From: an uncultured Nitrospiraceae bacterium
GTDB taxonomy: Bacteria > Nitrospirota > Nitrospiria > Nitrospirales > Nitrospiraceae
DNA length: 64,000 nucleotides
Assembly (NCBI GenBank): GCA_963846575.1
Contig: CAWJWJ010000002.1
Span: forward strand, 992,001-1,056,000
Direction of reading: 5' to 3'
The number at the start of each line of letters is the position of its first letter. Position 1 is the stretch's first letter. This document shows, piece after piece, positions 10,055-19,918 of this stretch. The notes under the pieces are model-generated. The model did not search any database. It was not told where the DNA came from and saw nothing but the letters and a program-made list of their open reading frames with translations. Position numbers and translations under genes: made by a program.

Positions 10055-11650
10055 TCACAGCACCACCGGCTCCCGATAGGTCCCGTACACTTCCTTCAGC
10101 GCGGCGCAAATCTCTCCTAAGGTCGCCCTGGCTTTCACCGCTTCGATCAACGAGGGCATGACATTTTGGCTGCAGGCAGCCACCTCCTGGAGTTCCTCCA
10201 GCGAGCCGGCCATCTTGAACGGATCGCGAGATTTCCTCAGATCCGACAACCGTGCCACCTGGTCCTGCTCCACTTCAGGGCTGATCTTCAGGATGGGAAT
10301 GGACCGTTCATTCTGCTCCACATGGTCGGTGACGCCGACGACGCTCCGTTCCTTCCGGTCGACCTCCTGCTGGTAGCGTAGTGAGGCCTCCAGGATCTCC
10401 CGTTGCGGGAACCCCTTCTCGATGGCCTTGACCATTCCACCCAGCTGGTCCAGCTTTCGGAAATAGGCTTTTGCCCCTTCTTCCAGACGATTGGTCAGGT
10501 TCTCCACAAAATAGGAGCCTCCCAATGGATCGGCGCAGTTGACGGTTTCACTTTCCGAGGCGATGACCTGTTGGGTTCGCAGGGCCAGCGTCACGGCCTC
10601 TTCGGTCGGCAGGGCCAGGGTTTCATCCATGGAGTTGGTATGGAGCGACTGCGTCCCACCGAGCACGGCAGCCAGCGCCTGCAGAGTGGTCCGCACCACG
10701 TTGTTCATCGGCTGTTGAGCCGTCAGCGAGCAGCCGGCCGTCTGAGCATGGCAGCGGAGCTGGAGTGAACGGGGATTGTGAGGATGATACCGCCGTTTCA
10801 TTTCGCGGGCCCAGAGACGTCGCGCCGCACGGAATTTGGCGATCTCTTCGAAAAAATCGTTATGCACGTTGAAGAAGAATGAGAGCTGCGGCGCAAACGC
10901 ATCCACATCGAGGCCGGATTGTACGGCCGCGTCGACGTAGGTCAATCCATCGTAGAGCGTAAAGGCCAGTTCTTGCACCGCCGTCGCGCCTGCTTCCCGG
11001 ATGTGGTAGCCGCTGATGCTGACCGGGTGCCACTTCGGAACGTGGGTTGCACAATAGGCAATCGTATCCGTCATCACTTGGATGTGCGGCTCAGGCGGAA
11101 ACAACCACTCTTTCTGTGCGATATATTCTTTCAGGATATCGTTCTGAAGCGTGCCGCCGAGGTGCTGCAATGGAATGCCGCGTTTCTCTGCCAGAGCCAG
11201 GTACATGGCGAAAATCACGGCGGCGGGTCCGTTGATCGTCATCGACGTCGTGACCTGGTCGAGCGGAATACCATCGAACAGCCGTTCCATGTCGGCGAGC
11301 GACGAAACAGCCACGCCGCAAAAGCCCACTTCGCCCCGCGCCCTCTGATCATCCGAGTCGAGACCCATGAGGGTAGGTAGGTCGAAGGCGACGCTGAGCC
11401 CCGTCTGGCCGCGCGCCAGCAGGTACTTGAAGCGCCGATTGGTATCCTCGGCCGAGCCGAATCCGGCAAATTGCCGCATGGTCCAGAGCCGGCTCCGGTA
11501 CATGGCCTCGTGGATACCGCGGGTGTAGGGGAAGGCACCGGGTTCGCCGAGGTCCTGCTCGACGCTCCAGCCTTTGAGGTGGTCGGGGGTATAGACCCGT
11601 TCGACGTCCAAACCCGAGAGGGAAGTGAATCGAGATTTCCGCTCCGTCAT
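10055..11650 (-). CDS. icmA: B12-dependent acyl-CoA mutase large subunit, isobutyryl-CoA mutase type
   Basis: MCM-family barrel ([21 protein letters not shown]) with RQFAGF and KEYIAQKEW specificity motifs. Confidence 0.8.
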   Translation of the reverse strand: MTERKSRFTSLSGLDVERVYTPDHLKGWSVEQDLGEPGAFPYTRGIHEAMYRSRLWTMRQFAGFGSAEDTNRRFKYLLARGQTGLSVAFDLPTLMGLDSDDQRARGEVGFCGVAVSSLADMERLFDGIPLDQVTTSMTINGPAAVIFAMYLALAEKRGIPLQHLGGTLQNDILKEYIAQKEWLFPPEPHIQVMTDTIAYCATHVPKWHPVSISGYHIREAGATAVQELAFTLYDGLTYVDAAVQSGLDVDAFAPQLSFFFNVHNDFFEEIAKFRAARRLWAREMKRRYHPHNPRSLQLRCHAQTAGCSLTAQQPMNNVVRTTLQALAAVLGGTQSLHTNSMDETLALPTEEAVTLALRTQQVIASESETVNCADPLGGSYFVENLTNRLEEGAKAYFRKLDQLGGMVKAIEKGFPQREILEASLRYQQEVDRKERSVVGVTDHVEQNERSIPILKISPEVEQDQVARLSDLRKSRDPFKMAGSLEELQEVAACSQNVMPSLIEAVKARATLGEICAALKEVYGTYREPVVL

Positions 11651-11690
11651 ATGGCAGAACCTCCTCACGATGCCCGGATCTGGTTCGTGC

Positions 11691-12572
11691 TCAAGTCACC
11701 GTCGCGGGCTTGTCCTCATACAGATAGAATCCTTGGCCGCTCTTCCGGCCGAGCCGCCCGGCCTCCACATACCGGCGCAACAATGGACAGGGGCGGAATT
11801 TCGGGTCATCCAAGTCCCGATGCAGAACCTCACAGATGGCGAGCACCGTGTCGAGGCCAATCCGATCGGCCAATGCCAACGGCCCCAGAGGGGAATTGGT
11901 GCCCTGCACCATGGCCAGATCGATGGCGTCGGCGGTGGCCACATCGGCTTCCAGGGCATAGACTGCTTCGTTGATCATGGGGATTAACACCCGGTTGACG
12001 ATGAATCCCGGAGAATCACGGCAGACCACCGGGGTCTTGCCTGCCCGGCGGACCAGGGCCAGAGCCAGTTGCAGCGTGTCTTCGGATGTCGCGCTCCCGC
12101 GTACGACTTCGACGAGGTGCATCACCGGCACGGGGTTCATAAAATGGATGCCCGCCACACGATCCGGACGACCTGACGCCGTTCCCAGACTCGTGATTGA
12201 GATCGAAGACGTATTGCTGGCCAGCACCGTCGATGCGGCGCACAGGTGCCCGAGTTCCATGAACAGCTCCCGTTTCATGTCGGGATTCTCCGGGATGGCC
12301 TCGATAACCATTTGTGCCTCCCGAACGTGTCTCAGCTGCCGCAGCGGCTGGATGCGCGCCATCGCCGATCCCGCCTGGTCCCCGCGCAATGCGCCTTTCT
12401 CCACCGCCTTCATGACCCCCTGCCAGAGCTTTCTGGTGGCGCCTTCAAGCATCTCGTCGGCCACGTCCACCAGGAGAATGTTCCAGCCCGCCACTGCCAG
12501 GACTTGCGCGATGCCCCGGCCCATCTGTCCTGCGCCCACGATACCGATGGTTTGAACGTCGTCGATCGTCAT
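11691..12572 (-). CDS. 3-hydroxybutyryl-CoA dehydrogenase
   Basis: GAGQMG Rossmann motif, SNTSS, HFMNP and PGFIVNR. Confidence 0.9.
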   Translation of the reverse strand: MTIDDVQTIGIVGAGQMGRGIAQVLAVAGWNILLVDVADEMLEGATRKLWQGVMKAVEKGALRGDQAGSAMARIQPLRQLRHVREAQMVIEAIPENPDMKRELFMELGHLCAASTVLASNTSSISITSLGTASGRPDRVAGIHFMNPVPVMHLVEVVRGSATSEDTLQLALALVRRAGKTPVVCRDSPGFIVNRVLIPMINEAVYALEADVATADAIDLAMVQGTNSPLGPLALADRIGLDTVLAICEVLHRDLDDPKFRPCPLLRRYVEAGRLGRKSGQGFYLYEDKPATVT

Positions 12573-13765
12573 TGAGTTCCCGATCGCTCCACCAGTAACG
12601 CCAGCGCTTCGCCGCCTCCGATGCAGAGACTGGCCAGTCCGCGCCTGGCGCCGCGTGCCTCCATGGCATGCAGCAGGGTGGTGAGGATCCTGGCTCCGGT
12701 CGCGCCGATGGGATGCCCCAAGGCCACGGCGCCGCCATGCACATTCACTGTCTTGGTGTCCAATCCTAGCTCGCGGTTGATGGCCAGGGAGACGGCCGAG
12801 AAGGCTTCATTGATTTCGAAGAGGTCGATGTCGCCGATCGACAGCCCCGTCTGTTCCAGGAGCCGACGAATCGCCTCCACCGGCGCAATCGTGAACCATT
12901 CCGGCGCCAGCGCGGCTCCGGCATACCCCACGATGCGTGCAATCGTCGCAAGACCCAGGCGCTGAGCCTCCTGTTCGGCCATGATGACCAGGGCGGCTGC
13001 ACCATCGTTGCAGGACGGCGAATTGCCCACGGTCAGCACGCCATCGTCCTGAAAGACCGGCTTGAGCTGTCGGAGCCGTGCAAGGTCCACCCGGTTCGGT
13101 TCTTCGTCCTCTATGATGAGGACCGGCGCGCCCTTCTTCTGCGGCACCTCGACGGAGACGATTTCTTTCCTGAATGCGCCGGTCGCGATGGCATCACGGG
13201 CGCGGCCATAACTCTCCAGAGCGAAGTCATCGACTTCCTGTCGGGAGAGGTGATAGCGAGCGGCACACAGTTCTCCCGCATTGCCCATATGGAACTGATT
13301 GTACACATCCCACAGCCCGTCCTTGATCAAGCTGTCCGTGAGTTCGCCATGTCCCAACCGGTAGCCCTGTCTGGCTTTCTCGAGCAGGAACGGTGCCCGC
13401 GTCATATTCTCCATTCCGCCGGCGATGATGGTCCGCGCCTCTCCAAGTGCGATGGCCCTGGCCGCCATGATCACGGTTTGCAGGCTGGACCCGCAGACCT
13501 TGTTCACGGTCACGGCTCCGACGGAATGGGGGATTCCCGCACCGATCGCAGCTTGTCTGGCCGGTGCCTGGCCGAGCCCGGCGCCGAGGACACACCCCAT
13601 CAGTACCTCATCGATGCGGTCTTCCGGCAGGCGGGCACGCTTCAAGGCGGCCGCAATGGCAAGGCTCCCCAACGTGGTTGCGGGCATCGAACTGAATGCA
13701 CCGTTGAAGCTGCCCATGGGAGTTCTGACCGCGCTCACAATCACGGGCTGAGATCGAGTGTTCAC
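12569..13765 (-). CDS. Acetyl-CoA C-acyltransferase (thiolase)
   Basis: NKVCGS (catalytic Cys), NEAF, GHPIGATG and CIGGG motifs. Confidence 0.93.
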   Translation of the reverse strand: MNTRSQPVIVSAVRTPMGSFNGAFSSMPATTLGSLAIAAALKRARLPEDRIDEVLMGCVLGAGLGQAPARQAAIGAGIPHSVGAVTVNKVCGSSLQTVIMAARAIALGEARTIIAGGMENMTRAPFLLEKARQGYRLGHGELTDSLIKDGLWDVYNQFHMGNAGELCAARYHLSRQEVDDFALESYGRARDAIATGAFRKEIVSVEVPQKKGAPVLIIEDEEPNRVDLARLRQLKPVFQDDGVLTVGNSPSCNDGAAALVIMAEQEAQRLGLATIARIVGYAGAALAPEWFTIAPVEAIRRLLEQTGLSIGDIDLFEINEAFSAVSLAINRELGLDTKTVNVHGGAVALGHPIGATGARILTTLLHAMEARGARRGLASLCIGGGEALALLVERSGTQ

Positions 13766-14937
13766 AGGACTGTCTCCCAGTGCCTCTGTTCGAGATGTTG
13801 TTTCACCGTCGCCATGAAACGGTCGGCGGTTGCACCGTCGATGACCCGATGATCGAACGAGAGGCTCAGGTACGCCATGGAGCGGATGGCGATGGCGTCT
13901 TGTATGACAACCGCCCGTTTCTGCACCGAGCCGACGCCCAGGATCGCAGTTTGTGGTTGATTGATGATGGGTGTGCTGAACAGGCTCCCGAACCCGCCGT
14001 GGTTCGTAATGGTGAAGGTGCCGTCCTGGACTTCTTCCGGAGCCAGCTTCTTGCTGCGGGCCCGTGCCGCCAGGTCTGCCACCTCATGGGCGAGTTGCTT
14101 CAGCCCTTTCCGATCAGCATGGCGAATGACGGGAACCAGCAGGCCTTCGTCGAGCGCCACCGCGATCCCGATATGGATGTCTTTCTTGATGACGAGACCC
14201 GCTTCGCGCCAGGAGGAATTGACGAGCGGCAGCTCCTGCATGGCCCGCGTGACGGCATTGATCACAAACGGCAGGAAGGTCAACGCCCGGCCTTTGCGAA
14301 ACATGTCGATGCCGGAGAAGTCCGCCTCGAAAAACGTCGCCACATGGGCGGCGGTACGGCGGCTGAGCACCATGCGTTCTGCGATCGTCCTCCGCATCTG
14401 ACTGTGCGGGACGATCCCCTCTTGCGTGATCGAGGGGGCGGGGGAGGAGACCTGGGGGGCCGGTCTCCCGGCCGAGGATTCAGAGGCAGCGCCTGATGGA
14501 TCTTCCCTGCCCACAACGTCCAGCACGTCCTTTTTGGTCACCCGGCCGCCTTCGCCGGTTCCAGTGAGGGTCGCCAGGTCCAGGTGGTGTTCTCGTGCGA
14601 GCTGCCGAACGGCCGGCGAGTAGTGATGGTCCCCTGATCCCGATTGCTCCATCCGCCGGACGCCGACCCCTCCGACACGGTTGACGACGCCTGCCGGCGG
14701 CTGGCTGTCGAGTCTGGCCAGCAATTTCCCCACCGGTACGGTCTCACCTTCCGGAACGAGAATCTCCGCCAGAAAACCGGATGCCGGAGAAGGGATGTCG
14801 AGCGCCACTTTCTCGGTTTCGACTTCCAGCAGCGGCTGATCCTTCTCCACGGAACCCCCTGCAGGAATCAGCCACCTGACGACGGTTCCTTCGGCGATAC
14901 TTTCACCCAGTTGAGGCATCACGATGTCGGTCGGCAT
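13762..14937 (-). CDS. 2-oxoacid dehydrogenase E2, dihydrolipoamide acyltransferase (branched-chain type)
   Basis: N-terminal lipoyl domain (EVETEKV), E3-binding SPAVR..GTG.GGRV, and catalytic FDHRVIDG. Confidence 0.92.
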   Translation of the reverse strand: MPTDIVMPQLGESIAEGTVVRWLIPAGGSVEKDQPLLEVETEKVALDIPSPASGFLAEILVPEGETVPVGKLLARLDSQPPAGVVNRVGGVGVRRMEQSGSGDHHYSPAVRQLAREHHLDLATLTGTGEGGRVTKKDVLDVVGREDPSGAASESSAGRPAPQVSSPAPSITQEGIVPHSQMRRTIAERMVLSRRTAAHVATFFEADFSGIDMFRKGRALTFLPFVINAVTRAMQELPLVNSSWREAGLVIKKDIHIGIAVALDEGLLVPVIRHADRKGLKQLAHEVADLAARARSKKLAPEEVQDGTFTITNHGGFGSLFSTPIINQPQTAILGVGSVQKRAVVIQDAIAIRSMAYLSLSFDHRVIDGATADRFMATVKQHLEQRHWETVL

Positions 14938-14979
14938 GGATGCGGTCTCCGCTGTGCGGACCATCGGCCGCTGATGGGA

Positions 14980-15972
14980 TCAGTAGGCCGCCAATTTCTT
15001 CGCTCCCGCCACGATATCACTCACCTTGGGTAGAAAAAATTCTTCCAACGGCGTGCTGAAGGGCACCGGCGTGTCCGGAGGCGCGATACGCAGGATCGGC
15101 CCATCCAGACAGTCAAAGCAGTCTTCCGCCACCAGAGCCGAGATTTCGGCCCCGATACCGCCGGTTTTATTGTCCTCGTGCAGCAGGATCACCTTGCTTG
15201 TCTTGCGCACCGACGCATAGATGGTCTCCTTGTCGAGAGGAATCAGGGTGCGGAGGTCCACCACCTCCAGATCGATGCCCTCTCGGCTCAGGAGCTCGGC
15301 AGCCTCAAGGGCCAGATGCACCATCGCTCCATAGGTGACAACCGTGACATCGCCGCCTGTACGTTTCACTTCGGCTTTCCCGATCGGCACCATGTAGTCC
15401 TCTGCCGGCAACGTCCCTTTGATCCGACGATAGAGAAACTTGTGTTCGAAATAGAGGACGGGATTGGGGTCGCGAATCGCGGCCTTCAGCAGTCCCTTGG
15501 CGTCATAGGGTGTCGAAGGCGCTACGATCTTGAGGCCGGGCGAGTGGAAGAACCAGCCTTCGGGACATTCGGAGTGAAAGGGACCGCCATGCACGCCGCC
15601 GCCGAATGGAGCCCGGATCACCAGAGGAACGGCCGCTCCCCAGCGGTAATGGTTCTTGGCGGCGACTTCGGTAATTTGATCGAAGGCACAGGAAATGAAG
15701 TCTGCGAACTGCATTTCCACCACGGGCCGCAGCCCCATCATGGCTGCGCCGATGGCGGCACCGACAAAGCCCGATTCGGAGAGCGGGGTGTCCAGGACGC
15801 GCCACTCTCCATACTTCTTCTGCAACCCTTCCGTGACCTTGAACGCTCCGCCGTAGGCGCCGATGTCTTCGCCCATGAGAAACACCCGTTCGTCGCAGCT
15901 CATCTCTTCGTCCAGTGCCTGTGAAATGGCGTCTACGTAGGTGACCTCGTGCGTCGCCGTCGCGGTCGTCAT
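14980..15972 (-). CDS. 2-oxoacid dehydrogenase E1 beta subunit
   Basis: GEDIG.YGG, DTPLSE, EMQFADF and YFEHK motifs. Confidence 0.93.
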   Translation of the reverse strand: MTTATATHEVTYVDAISQALDEEMSCDERVFLMGEDIGAYGGAFKVTEGLQKKYGEWRVLDTPLSESGFVGAAIGAAMMGLRPVVEMQFADFISCAFDQITEVAAKNHYRWGAAVPLVIRAPFGGGVHGGPFHSECPEGWFFHSPGLKIVAPSTPYDAKGLLKAAIRDPNPVLYFEHKFLYRRIKGTLPAEDYMVPIGKAEVKRTGGDVTVVTYGAMVHLALEAAELLSREGIDLEVVDLRTLIPLDKETIYASVRKTSKVILLHEDNKTGGIGAEISALVAEDCFDCLDGPILRIAPPDTPVPFSTPLEEFFLPKVSDIVAGAKKLAAY

Positions 15973-16970
15973 GGTTGCACCTCATCCTCTGTGGCGAAGA
16001 CCCCTACCAGTGTCTCCGCCCCTTCGGGCAGGGGACTCTGCTCGGCGAATTCCGTTCCGACGTCGACTTCTTTCTTGGTCCGTTCGCCCACTTCATGAAA
16101 ATAGGACTCATCGCCGTATCCCAACTGTGTCAGGAGCTGCTCGGCCCGGGGGATCGGATCTTTGGCTTTCCATTCCTCCAGCAACTCGCGGGGCACATAC
16201 TTCGCGGCGTCATGTTCGGAATGGCCATGCATGCGCATGGTCTTGAATTCGAGAAACGTGGGCCCCTCTCCCGCCCGGGCCTTGGCGATGGCTCGTTGAC
16301 AGCTCAGGTATACGGCGGCCACGTCGTTTCCGTCCACGATTTCACCCGGCATGCCATAGGCCTTCGCCCGTTCCACCACATCGGTAATCGCCATCTGATG
16401 CCGCAAGGGGGTCGAGTAGGCATATTGATTGTTGGTGCAGAAGAACACGACTGGCAGCTTGCGCACCGCTGCGAAGTTCATGGCTTCGTGAAAGTCGCCT
16501 CGACTCGTTCCCCCGTCGCCGGTTCCGGCAAGCGCGACGCGAGACTCTCCCCGCATTTTAAACGCGAGGGCCGCCCCGGCCGCGACGGGCATGTTGTCGG
16601 CCAGATGGCTGACGAAACCGATCATTCCGCGCTTCAGATCGCCCATGTGGACGTTGCCGTCCTTGCCCTTGGTCGGCCCGGCCTTTTTGCCGAGATATTG
16701 CGCAATGATCTCACCCGGTGAAAACCCGCGAATCAGGAAGGCTCCCATATCCCGGTGAAACGGCGCGATGACGTCGTCGGGTTTCAGCGCGGACGCATAC
16801 CCGACGGCGATCGCCTCCATTCCATGACTCGTGTAGACGCCGCCCACGATCCGGCCCTGGCGGTAGAGCGCGGTGATCCGGTCTTCCAGGCTTCTGGTCA
16901 GCCGGAGGTAGTAATACATCTCAAGGAGGTCGCTGCGTTTGATGTCTTTCGCGACGACAGCCTGGTCCAT
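15969..16970 (-). CDS. 2-oxoacid dehydrogenase E1 alpha subunit (ThDP-dependent)
   Basis: GDGGTSRGDFHE...NNQYA ThDP motif and RMHGHS; start MDQAVV follows a GAGGAGG RBS. Confidence 0.92.
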   Translation of the reverse strand: MDQAVVAKDIKRSDLLEMYYYLRLTRSLEDRITALYRQGRIVGGVYTSHGMEAIAVGYASALKPDDVIAPFHRDMGAFLIRGFSPGEIIAQYLGKKAGPTKGKDGNVHMGDLKRGMIGFVSHLADNMPVAAGAALAFKMRGESRVALAGTGDGGTSRGDFHEAMNFAAVRKLPVVFFCTNNQYAYSTPLRHQMAITDVVERAKAYGMPGEIVDGNDVAAVYLSCQRAIAKARAGEGPTFLEFKTMRMHGHSEHDAAKYVPRELLEEWKAKDPIPRAEQLLTQLGYGDESYFHEVGERTKKEVDVGTEFAEQSPLPEGAETLVGVFATEDEVQP

Positions 16971-17004
16971 ACCTTCCTCCTCTTCGTCTGGGTAACCCGT
17001 ATCG

Positions 17005-17766
17005 TCAGAGCTCGGGGAGCTGCCTCCAGGACAATAAAGTTTTCTTCTCACTGCAGGCGGGACAGTCGGACGGCTCCCATTGCGGCATGTCCAGGTCAAC
17101 GGTGAAGTAGAAGGGATAGGCTGTTGTCAGTTCATCCATAAGCGGGAACTGTCCGCTGTCCCGCCTGGCGAAGACCACCATCCCGGCGAGATGACCTCCG
17201 CGATCCGTGACGACCTTTCCCAGTTTGTTGACGCACATGCCGCGTGTGGTCACGTCGTTGAGGGAGAGAAAACGCTCTCCTGCCGCCACGGTGCCGCGGA
17301 CGATGTCGATGCCGATCCTGCCCGTCTCAGGGTCGAAGGGGGTGAGCACGAGGCGCAGGGGCAGTCGATCGCCGAGGATCTCAATCGTGCGCTCCGCCAG
17401 GAGCTGCGCAGCCGATGAGGTCGTGACGATGCCCGACGGCGGATCCTGTCGAAAGGTCTGCAGGATCCATTCAGCCATGTTGCCCGCGATCATGGTGATA
17501 AATTCGGGAAATCGTGCAATGGATTCAAACCGCAGGTAGACGTCCGTATGATGGCCGGAGACCACCTCCACGTGGCTGTCGAAATAGACCGCGCGTGAGG
17601 TCCGCAGCAGCCGATGGACGTCCCAGGCTGACAGGGTGGGATGCGGGACATCATGAATGATGCGTTGAATTCTGACGTCGATGTCCGGCCTCTCGTACAG
17701 CGCCTTCTGGTGTGCCACTAATTCGCACATGGCCGTTTCGGACAATTTAGCAGTCGATGGTGTCAT
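17005..17766 (-). CDS. Type I phosphoribosyltransferase-fold protein (divergent PyrE-like)
   Basis: SGHHTDVY hood-like motif, degenerate PRPP loop LSLNDVTTRG and C-terminal WEPSDCPAC; start uncertain. Confidence 0.7.
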   Translation of the reverse strand: MTPSTAKLSETAMCELVAHQKALYERPDIDVRIQRIIHDVPHPTLSAWDVHRLLRTSRAVYFDSHVEVVSGHHTDVYLRFESIARFPEFITMIAGNMAEWILQTFRQDPPSGIVTTSSAAQLLAERTIEILGDRLPLRLVLTPFDPETGRIGIDIVRGTVAAGERFLSLNDVTTRGMCVNKLGKVVTDRGGHLAGMVVFARRDSGQFPLMDELTTAYPFYFTVDLDMPQWEPSDCPACSEKKTLLSWRQLPEL

Positions 17767-17785
17767 GAGCGTCACGGGGCTCCTG

Positions 17786-18769
17786 TTAGTCGGGTGCCAC
17801 AATGGCCGTTCGGAGTATGCCGATCGGCTGAATCTCCAGTTCAACCACGTCCCCCGCTTTCAGGTAGCGGTCGAATTCCAACCCGCAGCCTCCGCCGACC
17901 GTGCCGGATCCGAGCAGATCGCCGGGATAGATCGATTCGCCGCGCGACACGTGCTCGATCATTTGCGGGAAGGACCAATGGATGGTGCCGAACCGGCCCT
18001 CCGACCATACCTCGCCGTTCACGCGCGCGATCATCTGGAGTGACGCGAGGTCTTGGATTTCATCGGGCGTGACGATGCAGGGGCCGATGGCGGTCGCGAA
18101 ATCCTTCCCCTTCGCGGGGCCGAGCCGGCAGGCCATTTCCTGAAACTGAACGTCTCTAGCGCTGAAGTCGTTCATGATGGTGTACCCGGCGATGTATGTC
18201 GAGGCCTCGCGCTCTGCGATATCGATCCCCTGGCGGCCGATGATGCAGGCCAGCTCCAACTCATAATCGAGCTTCTGAGTGTTCAACGGCCAAGGCAGGC
18301 TGTGATCGGGCCCCACGATCGTCCGATGGTTTCCCTTGTAGTACACCGGGGCCTTGTACCATTCCGGCGGGATCGGTTGTCCCCGGCGTTTGGAGGTGGC
18401 CGCAATGTGTTCTTCGAAGGCAATAAAATCGCGCAGGGAGGACGGATTGGGGAGCGGGGCCGCTAACCGGATAGTCGCGGCGTCATAGACGATGGTCTCC
18501 CCTGCGGGACCAGCCAGGGACGGGCCGGAATTCACTACGTACTCGAGCGCTCCGCGGGCGGCTGCGGCCGCGGAGGGGCCGCCTTCCAGAAACTCCAGCA
18601 TCGTGGCAGGGACTTGCGCATCGGCCAGGCGACGGGGTTGCGCTTCGTCCCGGTCGGTCAGCTGACGGACATAGGCCATATTGAGATCCACGATCGAGCC
18701 TCCGTGCAGCGCACCGATTCGACGGAAGATTCCGACGGATGTGTGGACGTGAAAGGTCACCAGTTTCAT
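17786..18769 (-). CDS. fahA: Fumarylacetoacetate hydrolase family protein
   Basis: RDFIAFEEH, LDYELE, NDFSARD, KGKDF and GSGT motifs; directly downstream of hmgA. Confidence 0.85.
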   Translation of the reverse strand: MKLVTFHVHTSVGIFRRIGALHGGSIVDLNMAYVRQLTDRDEAQPRRLADAQVPATMLEFLEGGPSAAAAARGALEYVVNSGPSLAGPAGETIVYDAATIRLAAPLPNPSSLRDFIAFEEHIAATSKRRGQPIPPEWYKAPVYYKGNHRTIVGPDHSLPWPLNTQKLDYELELACIIGRQGIDIAEREASTYIAGYTIMNDFSARDVQFQEMACRLGPAKGKDFATAIGPCIVTPDEIQDLASLQMIARVNGEVWSEGRFGTIHWSFPQMIEHVSRGESIYPGDLLGSGTVGGGCGLEFDRYLKAGDVVELEIQPIGILRTAIVAPD

Positions 18770-19881
18770 AGGTTGCTCCAGCTCATGGCATAGTCCTTTA
18801 CCTCGACGCTTTCGAATTCGGGCAGCACCCTGAAGCCATGTCTCGATTCGATCATCACGGCCACTTCGTCGGTGCGTTCCTTCGTTGTGCTGCCGGCAAT
18901 TGCCTGCGGCTGCGGCCCGTGGTGAATCCCTTGAGGGTGCAACGTCAACATTCCGGCCTGAATCCCCGTGCGGCTGAAGAAGTCTCCCCGGTGGTAAAAC
19001 AACACCTCGTCATAGTCCATGTTGCGGTGATAAAACGGTACACGGAGCGCGCTTGGATCGCTTTCCAGCGGTCTTGGCGCAAAGGTCGAAATCATCAGTC
19101 CCCCCGCTTGAAAGGTGGTATGCACGCTGGGCGGGAGGTGGTAACGAGGACTGGTAACGGGACGAAAGTCCCGCACGTTCAGTTTCGCCACCCACAGGTC
19201 GCCTTTCCAGCCGACGACGTCCATGGGATAGAACGGGTAATAGACATGCGTGTACTCACCATTCCGCTTGATGCGCACTTCCCATTCGCGCCGGCTCTGG
19301 GCGTCGAGCGGCGGGGAGGTGAGTTCAGGCGTGACGAGGACACCGGGGTCAAATAATGCGTGACGACCGAGCGGCCCTCGATCCGGCAACTCCACCCCAG
19401 CGGGGGTTTCGACGATCAAAAACAGGCTCGGACCGTCTTGTGAATCGACATGCACCCGATAAGTCGTGCCTTTCGGAATGACCAGGTAGTCGCCCGCTTC
19501 ATAACTGAGGGTGCCATAGTCCGTTTCCCACCTGCCACGTCCGTGGTGAACGAAGACGATTTCGTCGCCATCGGCGTTGCGCATGAAATGAGGCATCGTT
19601 TCCACCCGCCTGGAAAACGAAACGTGCGCATCCATGCTCTCCAGCACCGTGACAGGCCGGCCATCAGGGGAATGGTGGTCGGGGGTGGGCAGGGCTTCGC
19701 AAGAGAACGCCCGCGGTCGCAGGGGGCCCTCGATCCTGCTCCATCCTGTCGGCGGATGTCGGTGATAGAGATGGGACGAGGGACCGCTGAACCCTTGGCG
19801 ACCGTGCTCCTCTTCGCACAGCCCATCGGGAATGCCCACATGGGCCTGGCTGGGGGCGTCACCTTTTTTCACCAAGTACAT
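18766..19881 (-). CDS. hmgA: Homogentisate 1,2-dioxygenase
   Basis: EEHGRQGF, RNADGDE, HLPP, PFYHRNMDYDE and GIHHGP motifs; the likely start is MYLVKK at 19881. Confidence 0.9.
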   Translation of the reverse strand: MYLVKKGDAPSQAHVGIPDGLCEEEHGRQGFSGPSSHLYHRHPPTGWSRIEGPLRPRAFSCEALPTPDHHSPDGRPVTVLESMDAHVSFSRRVETMPHFMRNADGDEIVFVHHGRGRWETDYGTLSYEAGDYLVIPKGTTYRVHVDSQDGPSLFLIVETPAGVELPDRGPLGRHALFDPGVLVTPELTSPPLDAQSRREWEVRIKRNGEYTHVYYPFYPMDVVGWKGDLWVAKLNVRDFRPVTSPRYHLPPSVHTTFQAGGLMISTFAPRPLESDPSALRVPFYHRNMDYDEVLFYHRGDFFSRTGIQAGMLTLHPQGIHHGPQPQAIAGSTTKERTDEVAVMIESRHGFRVLPEFESVEVKDYAMSWSNL

Positions 19882-19918
19882 CAGGGACCTCCTGACGTGT
19901 CGGGGACGGCGTGATGGT

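Noticed and set aside
10055..11650. Annotation as methylmalonyl-CoA mutase
   Set aside because: Phe and Gln replace the Tyr and Arg carboxylate-binding residues.
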